Source: a virus. Taken from it: a stretch of 64,000 bases of DNA. The position numbers and the translations under genes are program-made. Under the pieces are notes generated by a model. That model saw only the letters and a list, made by a program, of their open reading frames with translations, did no database searches and was not told the origin of the DNA. The stretch lies in IMG/VR virus record IMGVR_UViG_3300023235_001181; one strand, written 5' to 3'. Below are positions 28,008 to 37,419 of the stretch, one piece after another (position 1 is the stretch's first letter; every line of letters begins with the position of its first letter).

Positions 28008-29195
28008 CTACACGGAGAGTTCTGGGCGCTCACCCTCGGGGATCGCCCTCCAGTGCCTCTTGATGGTAGCTACCAGCGCCGAGTCGTCGAAGTTGGTGTA
28101 CTTCTCAGGGTAGTCGGCGGCGAGCTTGTGGAGCCTACCGAGGTACTCAACGGTCTGGTCGTAGAGCTTCCGCGCGGGCGGGCGCTCCCACAGCACGGAG
28201 ATCTTGCGACGCTCTGCCTCAGAGGTGTCACCCTCGTCCACCATATCCTCGAGCCGGTCGTACTCCTCGTCGGTGATGATGCGGTTGCCGTCCGCGTCCT
28301 CAAGGTCGTGGTCGTAGGCCGTCTCGACATCCACCTCATCGCTCAGGCGGATGAGGCGTGTGGCACCCACAAGGAAGGATGCGTCGTCCTCCTGCCACCC
28401 GTGACACTCCTCGTGCTCACCGCTGTTGCCGATGGGCATGGGTGGCATGGTCATGTCGGTCCAGTCGTAGAACTGCACGAAGTAGGGTCCGCCCCAATGG
28501 CATCCTTCAGCCGCAATCATGGTGCCGTCCTTGTTGGGCGTAGCGTTCACCCAGCAGAAGCCGCCACCGAAGTAGGCTTCGGAAGGGCTGAAGCTGTACT
28601 TCTCGTGCGTTGCGAGGTTGATGGACGTCTGTCCCATGTAGCTCTCGCCGCTGAGCAGCCAGTTCCCATCCTCGCGGTACACCCACTCATGCCACAGGCT
28701 CGAGTAGTTCCGGCGCACCTCGTTGACGTAGAGCCACGTCCCGAGTGCCATCTTGAACACGGTGCCCTTGGTGTAGGCCCAGCATCCGGGCGTGGTCTTG
28801 TGGCTGGTGATGACAATCTTGTAGGCACCGTCCGGGCTCAGTACCTCCTTGGGGTCATCCGAGGCGTTGGCATCGCTGAAGTAGAAGTCGTTCCACGCGG
28901 CGTCGTACTTCTCCTTCTCGTCCTTGCTGACGATCAGGGTCCAGAGCTCCTTCAGGCTGTCACGCCAAGGGCTTCCGCTACGTGCGGCAGATGCAGCCTC
29001 GTACTCCACCCGGCGAGGGTCGTCCTCGGGGAGGCTGCTGCTGTTGGTGATGCCATTGTCGAAGATGGCAGAGCGAGCGGTGTTGAAGCGCTCGTACTTG
29101 GCTTGCGCGTCTGCTCGGCTCTCGAGCTTGTGCTTGTGGTACTGAGCCAGTGGAAGGCTCATCTTGAAGTCAAAGTGCGGGGTCAGGTTGTCCAT
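28008..29195 (-). CDS. hypothetical protein (395 aa, W/Y-rich, acidic C-terminus)
   Basis: long ORF. Confidence 0.5.
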   Translation of the reverse strand: MDNLTPHFDFKMSLPLAQYHKHKLESRADAQAKYERFNTARSAIFDNGITNSSSLPEDDPRRVEYEAASAARSGSPWRDSLKELWTLIVSKDEKEKYDAAWNDFYFSDANASDDPKEVLSPDGAYKIVITSHKTTPGCWAYTKGTVFKMALGTWLYVNEVRRNYSSLWHEWVYREDGNWLLSGESYMGQTSINLATHEKYSFSPSEAYFGGGFCWVNATPNKDGTMIAAEGCHWGGPYFVQFYDWTDMTMPPMPIGNSGEHEECHGWQEDDASFLVGATRLIRLSDEVDVETAYDHDLEDADGNRIITDEEYDRLEDMVDEGDTSEAERRKISVLWERPPARKLYDQTVEYLGRLHKLAADYPEKYTNFDDSALVATIKRHWRAIPEGERPELSV

Positions 29196-29278
29196 TAGGA
29201 TCTCCGTAGTTGGTTGAGTGTTCTCAGCGTTTTTCGGGTGGAGATCCTCGGGAGGGTCTCGAGCTTAGGTGTGGGGCA

Positions 29279-29575
29279 TCAGTCATCCTCAAACAGCACG
29301 AAGGGCTGCCAGTCAGCGGCGTGGAACTTGGAGTGAAGGGTCTGTTCGTAGCAGGGAGGGCTACAGCGCCCACACCTGCCGCTCGTCACCCACACCTTGT
29401 AGACACCAGGCTTGGTGAACTCAAAGTCGGTGAAGTCTGCGTAGTGGTCAATGCTGCGGAAATCAGCCTTGGAGCTGAAGCGGTAGAGCCGGTGCTCGCC
29501 TGTCTGCAAGCTGTCGTTCTCCCAATCTTCCTCGTCTTCGTTGGTTTCCCACGAGCTGTCGTACAAGGGCTTCAC
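29279..29575 (-). CDS. hypothetical protein
   Basis: 98-aa ORF. Confidence 0.4.
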   Translation of the reverse strand: MKPLYDSSWETNEDEEDWENDSLQTGEHRLYRFSSKADFRSIDHYADFTDFEFTKPGVYKVWVTSGRCGRCSPPCYEQTLHSKFHAADWQPFVLFEDD

Positions 29576-29931
29576 GATGTGCTCCCGTACTTGCGCTGAA
29601 GGGTGGCGAGCTGGCTACGCTCACGGCGCTCCTCGGCTTTCTTCTGGTCAGCCGCACGCTGCTCCCTCTCCTCTTGTGCCTTGCGCTCACGGGCCTCTCT
29701 CGCGACGTGAGCACGCTGCATGTCGTGGTCGAGCAGGTCAGCGATGCTGATGTACTCGGTACGGGTCTCGGGTCCACAACAGGAGCACTGGTACTCCTGA
29801 GTGGTCAGCGTGGCTCCACCCTCGTCAATCTCGTCGATGTCCCAATAGGCAGGGAACTCACTGTCGACGTCGTGGCGTGTGCGGGTGTAGCTCTGGATGA
29901 GAGTGTCGAGATCGGAGGCGGCTTGGAACAT
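29572..29931 (-). CDS. hypothetical protein with CxxC pair and coiled-coil tail
   Basis: likely ATG MFQAAS at 29931 (ORF track extends to 30096 through R/P-rich junk); CTCTGAGT motif 29956-29965 upstream. Confidence 0.4.
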   Translation of the reverse strand: MFQAASDLDTLIQSYTRTRHDVDSEFPAYWDIDEIDEGGATLTTQEYQCSCCGPETRTEYISIADLLDHDMQRAHVAREARERKAQEEREQRAADQKKAEERRERSQLATLQRKYGSTS

Positions 29932-29960
29932 CGCCTCGAGCTGGGCTTCGGTGTGGATGC

Positions 29961-30599
29961 TCACTTCGCACCTCCACTCAGAGCCTGCCGAATGGCCTGG
30001 CTGTCGAGATCCTCTTCGAGGAGCATCTCGAGGCGCTGCATGTTGCCGGGGTTGCCGAGGATCGCGTTGGCGGCTGCTGCCGCTCCAGTACCACAAGCCT
30101 CGTTCAACCGGCCACGGAGGGCGTACTCATCGTCGCACCCGTCGAGCAACTCCTCGAGCTTGGCGCTCTTCATGGAGGCACGGGCAAGCTGAGCTGCGGT
30201 ACGTCCGAAGGCTTGGCGCACTTGCTCACGGATGAGCTCGCGCATCTCGGTCTTGATCCACTGTTCGTTCGCGATCGTGCTCAAGGAACCCCACCGGCTA
30301 CCGATCTCTCGGGTCAGCTTGTCCTTGGCAGCCTTTTCGGCATCCTTCGTGGCTTGGGAGATCGCGTCGGTGGTGGCGGTGTTGATCCGCTTGGTGGCTT
30401 CGGCAACGGCCTCCGTGCGGAGGGTGCGAAGCTCGGAGCGCGCCTCGGAGCTCTCAGCGAGGGTTTCGTTGCGGTAGTCCGCACCGATGTCCTTCTTGAG
30501 TTCGTCCCAGAACTGGCGGCTCTTACAGAGGTTGGCAGAGATGTCGGCGGCAGCGAGAGTTTCGATCTTGTCGCTGTCGAGGGTGAAGTTGGCGTCCAT
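29961..30599 (-). CDS. hypothetical coiled-coil protein
   Basis: 212 aa, A/E/R-rich. Confidence 0.45.
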   Translation of the reverse strand: MDANFTLDSDKIETLAAADISANLCKSRQFWDELKKDIGADYRNETLAESSEARSELRTLRTEAVAEATKRINTATTDAISQATKDAEKAAKDKLTREIGSRWGSLSTIANEQWIKTEMRELIREQVRQAFGRTAAQLARASMKSAKLEELLDGCDDEYALRGRLNEACGTGAAAAANAILGNPGNMQRLEMLLEEDLDSQAIRQALSGGAK

Positions 30600-30730
30600 T
30601 TTGAAGTATCCGTAGTAGTGAGTGAAGGTGTAGCTTGTGAAAACTGCACGATCCTCTACGGAGGCTTCTTGTGGGGTCCTTACGTCTCTGCGATCCGGGT
30701 CATTGGTCTGCCTCTTGTTGTGTCCCCTCT

Positions 30731-30770
30731 AACGGGGAGCGGCACTCAGAAGTTAGAGGCCGTTCACGAA
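30731..30770 (-). promoter_or_regulatory. bipartite promoter-like motif variant (CCTCTAACT-N15-CCGTTAG) with long 5' leader
   Basis: in 180-bp intergenic gap upstream of 29961-30599; overlaps small hairpin CCCCtctaacGGGG. Confidence 0.4.
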
Positions 30771-30782
30771 GTTCGAACTCTT

Positions 30783-31037
30783 TCAGGGTAGCGCGGCGAT
30801 CTCTTCATCGTTCAGGAAGAGGCTGCACCCGTCAGAGTCCCACCCGAGCTTCCGAAGCGCCTCTTCGGTCTCAAGGTGGATGGTCACACGGTCCTCAAGA
30901 GAGCCACCCGCTATGAAGGCGTGGATCCTGTCGGAGTGTTGGCCCGCGTCGGAAGGGTCGTCGGGGTCGCGCTGAACGCACTCCGCTCCAATGCCTTCCT
31001 TGCACCGTGGGCAAGCAATGTGGTCTGAAATCGGCAT
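30783..31037 (-). CDS. hypothetical protein
   Basis: 84 aa; CPRC...C. Confidence 0.4.
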   Translation of the reverse strand: MPISDHIACPRCKEGIGAECVQRDPDDPSDAGQHSDRIHAFIAGGSLEDRVTIHLETEEALRKLGWDSDGCSLFLNDEEIAALP

Positions 31038-31259
31038 CTATCCCTCAGCCACCGCGCCACTGATGAGCACGATGGGACACAGGTTGCACTGCTTGATGTT
31101 CACTATGTCACCTTCAGGCCCGAAGTTGATCTCCCAGCGAGTGCCCGTGGGCTCCGCTACGACACGACGTTGGCTGATGGCGCTGAAGTGGTGTACGCCG
31201 GTCCGCTTGAGTTCTTCGGCGGTCCAGTGATGGCCGCATCCTTGGCATGTAGTGGTCAT
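31038..31259 (-). CDS. hypothetical protein
   Basis: 73 aa; CQGCGHHW...C zinc-ribbon-like. Confidence 0.4.
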   Translation of the reverse strand: MTTTCQGCGHHWTAEELKRTGVHHFSAISQRRVVAEPTGTRWEINFGPEGDIVNIKQCNLCPIVLISGAVAEG

Positions 31260-31277
31260 GGTCTCTCAAACAAGCTG

Positions 31278-31550
31278 TCAGGCTGAAGGTTGCGTGCCGC
31301 CCGGCTTTTCTTGCTCCACCAGCTTGTAGTGCTTCATGTTCGTCATGAAGTTGTTGTAGAGAGCCCAGTTGTCCTGCTTGGACTTGATAAGGGTTCGCTC
31401 TTTCATCCGCTTGATCAAACCGGCAATCTCGGGCCTTGTGAGTGGCCGGTCGAAGTGCGTCTGCGCCGCCATGACGTTTCCGAAGATGATGGCGTTGATT
31501 GAGCGTGCTGATTTGAACGGCGACGGGCCGCTGATCCAGAAGGTTTTCAT
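31278..31550 (-). CDS. hypothetical protein
   Basis: 90-aa ORF. Confidence 0.4.
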   Translation of the reverse strand: MKTFWISGPSPFKSARSINAIIFGNVMAAQTHFDRPLTRPEIAGLIKRMKERTLIKSKQDNWALYNNFMTNMKHYKLVEQEKPGGTQPSA

Positions 31551-31628
31551 CGTTTTCTACTCCCTGTTGGTCGTAGAACGTGTGAACCTCCATGAGATCG
31601 GCGAACCCGGTTCGCGGTCATACTGGTT

Positions 31629-33380
31629 TCAGGCTGCAGCCGCCGCCACACACTGCTCGGGGTACCACTTGCGGAGCGTGTTGAGGAACTGGTAGCTGAG
31701 TTGGTCAGCGGGGCGTCGGCTCTTCGCCATGCCGGAGGCAACCACCGCAGCGGCAATCCGCTCCACGTCGGCTTCCGTCCACGCGCCTTGGGTCACGAGG
31801 GTCACCCAGATGCTGTGGTTGATGCCGCGCCTGTAGGGGTTCTCACCCTTCAGGAGGTAGGAGGCAGAGGCCGGGTCAACAGCCGCAACGGGCGGGGCAG
31901 CAACCGGCTTGTCGCCGTCCACTTCCTTGTAGAGGCCCGCGTAGTCCTTGAGGTTGTTGTAGAACTGGTACCCGATCTGGTCAGCGGGTCGCCGGGTCTT
32001 GATCGTGCCCGCGTCAATCAACTGCTGAGTCACCGCGTCCACGTCGTCCCGTGTCCACGTACCCAGCGCAACCAACGCAGCCCAGATGCTGAAGTTGATG
32101 CCCCGTCGGTACGGGCTCGCTCCACAGAAGGCGTAGCGCACGGGCGTCGGCACGTTCACCGCGAGGCCTGTGATCACGGTCGCACGGGTCACCGCTGCTG
32201 CAACCACGTCACCCGGCATCACCGGGTTCTCTTCGGCACGCTCGATGGCCTTGTAGCCACGGGCGGTCTCGATGAACCCCCAGGCAATGCCGTCAGCCGG
32301 GCGTCGGGATTTGATCGCGCCGCTGTCGAGCAGTGCGTCCACCGTGGTCAGGAGGTCGTTGAAGTCGAAGGTGCCACGGGTCACGAGGGCGTCGTAGATG
32401 GGGTGGCTACCTGCCCAATGCTTGTACGGGTTCGGGATGCCTACGAAGCGGTAGCGTGTGCGCGCAGCGTGCTGAACTGCGCGGCCCCCTCGGGTATTAC
32501 CGTTGGGGGCCGCTGTCTCTCCGATTGCTTCCTTCTCAAGTGCCACTGCCACGAAGGTTCCAGCTACCTCTTCGGGGCTGCGGCGGGAGGCGAACTTGCC
32601 TTGATCCATCAGTCGCCCGGTGATCACCACAATCTCCCGCATCGTCACTGGGTTCCCGATGGCGTTCAGGGTGTCCCACAACACGTAGCACGAGCCTCGC
32701 TGGAAGGGGTTGTCGCCCTTCACGAGGTACACCGGGCCGACGGAGGTGCTTGTGCGCTTCCGCTTGCTCGGCTTGGCTCCGTCCCTGGTCACCGCGAGGT
32801 ACTCGGTGATGAGGGCGTGGAGGCTCTTCACGCGGTAGTGGATGGTCTCCTTGCGCTTGCCGATGATCCGGCTGATGTCTGCCGGGCGGTAGCCCATGGT
32901 CCGCAGGATGAAGGTGGGGAGGAACGCGGGCTTGCGCTCCGCGATGTACCGAATGAGATCCGATTCCACCACCTCTGCCGGAATGCTGAGCTCCGAGAGG
33001 TTGCTGGTCTGCTGCAACCGGTCGAGGTCCACCGTGCCGCGAGCGGGCTCGGAGTCGTCCGAGGGCACCGAGAGGCTCATGGCGTTGGTGTTGGCGTCCC
33101 GGTTGTCCTTCTTCCAGCCGTTCACGAGGCAGTTCCGGATGGTCGTACCGAGGTACGAACGGAACTGACGCGGAGTCATCAGCCCCGCATCTACCTTCTC
33201 CTTCACACGGGGGAAGAAGTTGGACGCCATGCAGTGAATGATGATGTCCTGGAACTTGTCGTCGATGTCCTCTTCGGGAACCTTCTGTCCACGCAGTCCA
33301 CCGATGATGTACTTGCGGAATGCCATGAGCTGGTTGACGTCCGTCGGGACGAAGTCCGTCTCGGTGTGTGTGCGTGCCAT
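31629..33380 (-). CDS. ECF-sigma-factor-like N-terminal domain (sigma2/sigma4) fused to four ~65-aa tandem repeats
   Basis: 583 aa; aa 70-95 FRSYLGTTIRNCLVNGWKK resembles ECF region 2.2-2.4; aa 150-195 LPTFILRTMGYRPADISRIIGKRKETIHYRVKSLHALITEYL resembles region 4 HTH; repeats NPFQRGSCYVLW.., NPYKHWAGSHPIY.., SPYRRGINFSIW.., NPYRRGINHSIW.. each ending in SRRPAD/TRRPAD. Confidence 0.55.
   Translation of the reverse strand: MARTHTETDFVPTDVNQLMAFRKYIIGGLRGQKVPEEDIDDKFQDIIIHCMASNFFPRVKEKVDAGLMTPRQFRSYLGTTIRNCLVNGWKKDNRDANTNAMSLSVPSDDSEPARGTVDLDRLQQTSNLSELSIPAEVVESDLIRYIAERKPAFLPTFILRTMGYRPADISRIIGKRKETIHYRVKSLHALITEYLAVTRDGAKPSKRKRTSTSVGPVYLVKGDNPFQRGSCYVLWDTLNAIGNPVTMREIVVITGRLMDQGKFASRRSPEEVAGTFVAVALEKEAIGETAAPNGNTRGGRAVQHAARTRYRFVGIPNPYKHWAGSHPIYDALVTRGTFDFNDLLTTVDALLDSGAIKSRRPADGIAWGFIETARGYKAIERAEENPVMPGDVVAAAVTRATVITGLAVNVPTPVRYAFCGASPYRRGINFSIWAALVALGTWTRDDVDAVTQQLIDAGTIKTRRPADQIGYQFYNNLKDYAGLYKEVDGDKPVAAPPVAAVDPASASYLLKGENPYRRGINHSIWVTLVTQGAWTEADVERIAAAVVASGMAKSRRPADQLSYQFLNTLRKWYPEQCVAAAAA
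31632..32735 (-). repeat. four in-frame ~195-bp tandem repeats within the sigma-like gene
   Basis: protein-level repeats (consensus NPYRRGxxxSIW..L...G.W...D.....L...G..K.RRPAD...YQF). Confidence 0.55.
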
Positions 33381-33416
33381 TGAATCTGTACCCCTTTTTC
33401 GGTCTTGTCACAGCGT

Positions 33417-33447
33417 AACGAACTGAGCCTACGAGAAACTCAGAGCC
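33417..33447 (-). promoter_or_regulatory. bipartite promoter-like motif (GGCTCTGAGT-N16-TCGTTA) upstream of sigma-like gene
   Basis: minus-sense aataaaGGCTCTGAGTttctcgtaggctcagtTCGTTAcgctg...ATG. Confidence 0.45.
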
Positions 33448-33543
33448 TTTATTGCCCAACCACAGGCATCGTCACACAGGTTTGTCGGGTGGCGCAGTAT
33501 TGTAACGGCATGACCCGTTTCACAAAAGCGCATTCTATGAAGT

Positions 33544-33783
33544 CTACTGAAGTTTCACCCCTTGTGCAACCCAAAAACCGGCACGCCAGTTCTCGATGGA
33601 CAGGGCCTTGATCTCTCTGCCTGTCTCGAGTGGGAAGTCCAAGCCGTCCGCAAGCAATGTGGGCACGAATACCCGGTAGAGCTTGGTGAAGGATTGAAGG
33701 TTCAGGAACACACCATCGTCGGCGGAATCTACCTTGACGATGTTGCCCTTGATTTCGATCGGGTTCGAGTGCTTGGTTGGCAT
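33544..33783 (-). CDS. hypothetical protein
   Basis: 79-aa ORF. Confidence 0.4.
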   Translation of the reverse strand: MPTKHSNPIEIKGNIVKVDSADDGVFLNLQSFTKLYRVFVPTLLADGLDFPLETGREIKALSIENWRAGFWVAQGVKLQ

Positions 33784-34665
33784 TCAGTCGTTCTCCACTA
33801 CGTTGAGCCTGCCCAGCGCAGCCTTCTTCTTACCCTCTTCGAGGATCCGCGCCTTTTCGATGTTGGCGGGAGCTGCGTAGCAGTAGGTGCAGGCGTGTGG
33901 GCAGGCAAGTGATGTCTGGGTAGCTACCTCAATGGCGGCTGAGCAACGGCAGTCGTCAACCTTGGGGTGCATCAGCCCCAGGTTGTCTATACCATAGATC
34001 TGGTCGATCCAGTAGGCGTTGACACACGTAGCCGGTCCAAAGTTGTCCGCAACTCCCCTGAAGGAGTCGTCGTCCCAGCACCCGAGGAGCATCATGTCGT
34101 GCTTGTCGAGGATGGCGCACATCTGCCGCAAGATCTCCCGGCGCTCGTTTTCGTCACGGGTCTCGGGGATCGCGGTCTCGCTGTGGAGGAAGCTGAAGTA
34201 GCACTCCCGCACGCCCAGGTCGGCCATGAATTGAGCCACCCGCTCGAACTCGCTCCAGTCAGCAGGCACGGGGGAGTAGCGCCACTGCATCTTCTCGACG
34301 CCGTACTCTGCCACCATGTCAGCGAAGCACTGGAGCTGAATGTCCAGCGCAGGCACCTTGAGCTCGGTGGAGGGGTCGCCGCAGATGGTCATCGCAAAGA
34401 ACTGTCGGTAGTTCGCGTCCAGCTCGGCGCGTCGTGGGTTCTTGAGGAAGCGTCGGTAGTCCTTGGAGTACCAGAACAGGGAGTGCATGTCCTCGGGAGC
34501 GAGGCTCCACCGTGCGGGCATCCCAGTCTGAGGGTGTGGCGCGTCGATGTACCCACGGTCCAACCACCGGAAGAATCGCTTCATCCAGAAGGCGGGGATG
34601 TCGGTGTTGCGGCTCAAAGTGATGGGGAATCCCCACTCGAGCGGCTTCAGGATTTCGGTTGACAT
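33784..34665 (-). CDS. DUF1848-like protein with C-terminal radical-SAM-type CxxxCxxC cluster
   Basis: 293 aa; C-terminal ACPHACTYCYA (C-x3-C-x2-C); overall W/Y/C-rich. Confidence 0.5.
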   Translation of the reverse strand: MSTEILKPLEWGFPITLSRNTDIPAFWMKRFFRWLDRGYIDAPHPQTGMPARWSLAPEDMHSLFWYSKDYRRFLKNPRRAELDANYRQFFAMTICGDPSTELKVPALDIQLQCFADMVAEYGVEKMQWRYSPVPADWSEFERVAQFMADLGVRECYFSFLHSETAIPETRDENERREILRQMCAILDKHDMMLLGCWDDDSFRGVADNFGPATCVNAYWIDQIYGIDNLGLMHPKVDDCRCSAAIEVATQTSLACPHACTYCYAAPANIEKARILEEGKKKAALGRLNVVEND

Positions 34666-34687
34666 GGCACCTCCGTTACCTCATGAT

Positions 34688-34717
34688 AACGTACCCAAGG
34701 GGGAGGTACTCAGAGGC
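34688..34717 (-). promoter_or_regulatory. bipartite promoter-like motif (GCCTCTGAGT-N14-TACGTTA)
   Basis: minus-sense gtgaaaaGCCTCTGAGTacctcccccttgggTACGTTatcatgaggtaACGGAGGtgccATG; stop TGA of 34710-34925 inside CTCTGA. Confidence 0.5.
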
Positions 34718-34925
34718 TTTTCACGATTTCAAGTAGAAGAAGCACGGTGGCTCCTACACCTATTACCACGAACACGGCGGCGAACAGGAACCTGCCCCGT
34801 TTCTCCTTGGCGATCTCCTCATGGAACATCGCGTCGGTGATGTAGCCGTTGGCGGTGTTACCGAGCTCATCGAGCTGTCGCTTAACGGCCCGGTCCCAGC
34901 ACCCTTGGTAGCCTCGGGCTTCCAT
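34710..34925 (-). CDS. small membrane protein (C-terminal TM)
   Basis: 71 aa; FLFAAVFVVIGVGATVLLLL. Confidence 0.4.
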   Translation of the reverse strand: MEARGYQGCWDRAVKRQLDELGNTANGYITDAMFHEEIAKEKRGRFLFAAVFVVIGVGATVLLLLEIVKSL

Positions 34926-35503
34926 TATACCGTCATCATCGCGAGGATTGCCATGCCGTCACGCACGATGTCCCCGTGGTCGAAGCCGAAGATGATCTTG
35001 CCGGAGCGGATGTCCTCCTCATGGATCCAGGCGGTCCAGAAGGCGTCGTCGTCTCCCCGAGCCTTGCGGGCCTCAGCGGGCGTCACACGGCAGCAGTAGG
35101 CGAGGCTGACAACGTGGCGGCGGGGGTCACGGTCGGTGGCTCCGTACACGTCGATGAGCGTCATGAAGTCCCGCTCGAGGCCGGTCTCTTCCTTGAGCTC
35201 GCGCGGGGCACAGTCCTTGGGGTCCTCGCCGTAGTCCACGAACCCGCCCGGAGTGCAGACGAAGCCGTCGGTGTGGCAGTAGGGAGGGTTCGCACGCCCG
35301 ATGAGCAGGAAGTGTCGTCCCGCGCGGGTGGGAGCGGGGCCACGACGGTCCACCATCGTGTCGCCCAGCAGAGCGCGTCCCTCTTCCTGCCAGCCCTCCC
35401 AGTTGGGCAGGTCGTCCTCGGGGATGTCGGTAGCGACGAGGATGTCGGTGCAGAGGCTGGAGGTGCGGTAGGTCGGAGCTTCGAGCTGTTCAACGGTTGG
35501 CAT
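34925..35503 (-). CDS. Nudix hydrolase
   Basis: 192 aa; Nudix box GG.VDYGEDPKDCAPRELKEETG. Confidence 0.65.
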   Translation of the reverse strand: MPTVEQLEAPTYRTSSLCTDILVATDIPEDDLPNWEGWQEEGRALLGDTMVDRRGPAPTRAGRHFLLIGRANPPYCHTDGFVCTPGGFVDYGEDPKDCAPRELKEETGLERDFMTLIDVYGATDRDPRRHVVSLAYCCRVTPAEARKARGDDDAFWTAWIHEEDIRSGKIIFGFDHGDIVRDGMAILAMMTV

Positions 35504-36044
35504 TGTAGTCCTTGATGTTCAGGTTCTTCTGGTCGAAGATGTGTGCGTAGGGGCTGTCAGGCGGTAGGGCTTGAGCCTTGATTGATGCTGCCTTGAAGGC
35601 TCTCTCCATGTGGGAGCTCTCGTCGAGCGCATCGGAGCAGAGTACAAGGATGAAGCGGTCCGTCAGGGGGATACCAGGGCGTGCGGGGATCGCGGCCCAC
35701 ATCTGGAGGAAGGTGCGAGCACTGAGCGTCCGGAAGAGGGTCTCCTGATGGTAGTACCCCATGTCCATTTCCATGTAGTCGCTCTTGCGGAGGCTCGGGG
35801 CCGCATCAATACCCTTGGTCTTGAAGTCCTTCAGGGTGAAGTCGGCCGTCGGAATGTAGTGGGCTTGAGTCCGGTACTGATGCCAACTACGAGAGCTTGA
35901 AACCTCCATGCTCTCGGTGTCGAGGCTGTGCGAGGTGGTTGTCCACCGCATTTCACCCCACACCATCTCTTCACGGCTGATCCAGATGTTGAGCCACCGT
36001 CCGTCAAGGGACGCACTCCTACCTCGATACACACTCGAACCCAT
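35490..36044 (-). CDS. hypothetical protein
   Basis: 184-aa ORF. Confidence 0.45.
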   Translation of the reverse strand: MGSSVYRGRSASLDGRWLNIWISREEMVWGEMRWTTTSHSLDTESMEVSSSRSWHQYRTQAHYIPTADFTLKDFKTKGIDAAPSLRKSDYMEMDMGYYHQETLFRTLSARTFLQMWAAIPARPGIPLTDRFILVLCSDALDESSHMERAFKAASIKAQALPPDSPYAHIFDQKNLNIKDYNANR

Positions 36045-36056
36045 GTTCCTGGCCTC

Positions 36057-36995
36057 CTATGACCCACTAACGAGGCTGATGCCGAATTCCTCAACTGCAA
36101 TCTCAGAGTTTGCCGGGGTGCCAGGTCCGCCACCGCCGATGCGGAACACTGCCTGCCCCATCACACGGGAGCCGAGCATCACCCTGACGCCCCAGTTGCC
36201 GGGCTCCGAGGATGGGAAGTGGTCTTCCACCATCACCTTGTAGCCAGCAAGGCGAGCAAGCGGTCCGGTCTCGGTGTAGTAGATCCCGCCCGAACCGGGT
36301 CGGTGAATCTCCATTGAGAACTCGATGCCGTCCGTGTCGAAGTCATCAGGGATGTCAGGCCACAGCACCGCAATGCAGAAGTCCTCCACATCGGGGCCGT
36401 ACATCGGCTCCTCATTCGGAGGTCCGGGCTGGATGGCGATGCACCCCAGCCGGTCCAGCACTCCATCAGCTTCTGCAAACCGGATGTCCACCCGTCCGAG
36501 GGATTCGGCCAACCACTCCACGCTGAGCTCAAGCTCGAAGTCGGAGGTGTGGAGCAGGCTCATGTCCGTGGCGTCCAACAGCGTCGCCGTCCACGTCCCG
36601 TGCTTCTGAGTGATGTCGGTCACCGGAATGACCACGTTCCGCTCGGCCACCTTCGCGCCATACACACCATCACTGTCGGAGTGGGTGAGGAACACGATGT
36701 AGGTGGTGTCCGTGTTGTTGAGGATCTCCACATGCACGCCATCGGGCGTGGGAGTGGTAGTCACGCGCAAGGACTCGTGCCGTGTCTGCGCTGGCTTGGG
36801 AGCCGGGGCCGGTGTCCGCCCGTCAGCAACAGGGGCGACAGGCGCGGGTTCTGGGGCCGCTGTGGGCACGTCCACGTCAAGGTCAATCTCTACCTTGACC
36901 TTGCGGGGGCGGACTGCGCCAGGGCGGACGGGAGTGCGGGAATTCCACTTGGGCATTGTTGGTCCTCTTTCAGTCAAAAGACAAAGCTGGACCAA
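36057..36995 (-). CDS. hypothetical protein with Pro/Ala-rich linker
   Basis: 312 aa; PAPVAPVADGRTPAPAPKPAQ linker then beta-rich domain. Confidence 0.45.
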   Translation of the reverse strand: MVQLCLLTERGPTMPKWNSRTPVRPGAVRPRKVKVEIDLDVDVPTAAPEPAPVAPVADGRTPAPAPKPAQTRHESLRVTTTPTPDGVHVEILNNTDTTYIVFLTHSDSDGVYGAKVAERNVVIPVTDITQKHGTWTATLLDATDMSLLHTSDFELELSVEWLAESLGRVDIRFAEADGVLDRLGCIAIQPGPPNEEPMYGPDVEDFCIAVLWPDIPDDFDTDGIEFSMEIHRPGSGGIYYTETGPLARLAGYKVMVEDHFPSSEPGNWGVRVMLGSRVMGQAVFRIGGGGPGTPANSEIAVEEFGISLVSGS

Positions 36996-37023
36996 GAAAG
37001 GGCGAGGAGTTCGAAACCCTCAC

Positions 37024-37419
37024 CTACGCTTCAAGAAGCAGCTCGATCCGGTCCACGTCAGTTTCGTTCCACGGGTTGATGTCCACGTCTTGAATCAGAC
37101 GCCACCTACGCGGAGGCCAGTTGGTGGCGACACGTCCATAGTCGCAGCCACCTTCATCGTTGCGCTCAAACGTGTAGATGTTCCGGGCGGTTACGCACGC
37201 TCCAGTCCGATAGGACCCAGAGGGAGCCACGTGAGTCACAATGCCGTAGCCTTCACCGTATCCGGTCCCCATGAACCACATCTGTCCGGGGCGGGGTAGG
37301 TCGGTGAACTCAGGAGCGCGGGAGCAGAGCTCGAACCTCTCTTGAGGCATGGCGTCCCGGTGCTTGTTGCAGAACACACAGGTCCAATCTGTCGATCGGA
37401 TGTGGTGGGGTCCTCTCAT
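37024..37419 (-). CDS. hypothetical protein
   Basis: 131 aa. Confidence 0.4.
   Translation of the reverse strand: MRGPHHIRSTDWTCVFCNKHRDAMPQERFELCSRAPEFTDLPRPGQMWFMGTGYGEGYGIVTHVAPSGSYRTGACVTARNIYTFERNDEGGCDYGRVATNWPPRRWRLIQDVDINPWNETDVDRIELLLEA

Noticed and set aside
32536-33459. 307-aa minus-strand ORF overlapping the sigma-like gene in another frame
   Set aside because: Composition is R/P/G/H-rich, typical of an out-of-frame read-through of a GC-rich gene. The in-frame 583-aa product has domain and repeat structure.
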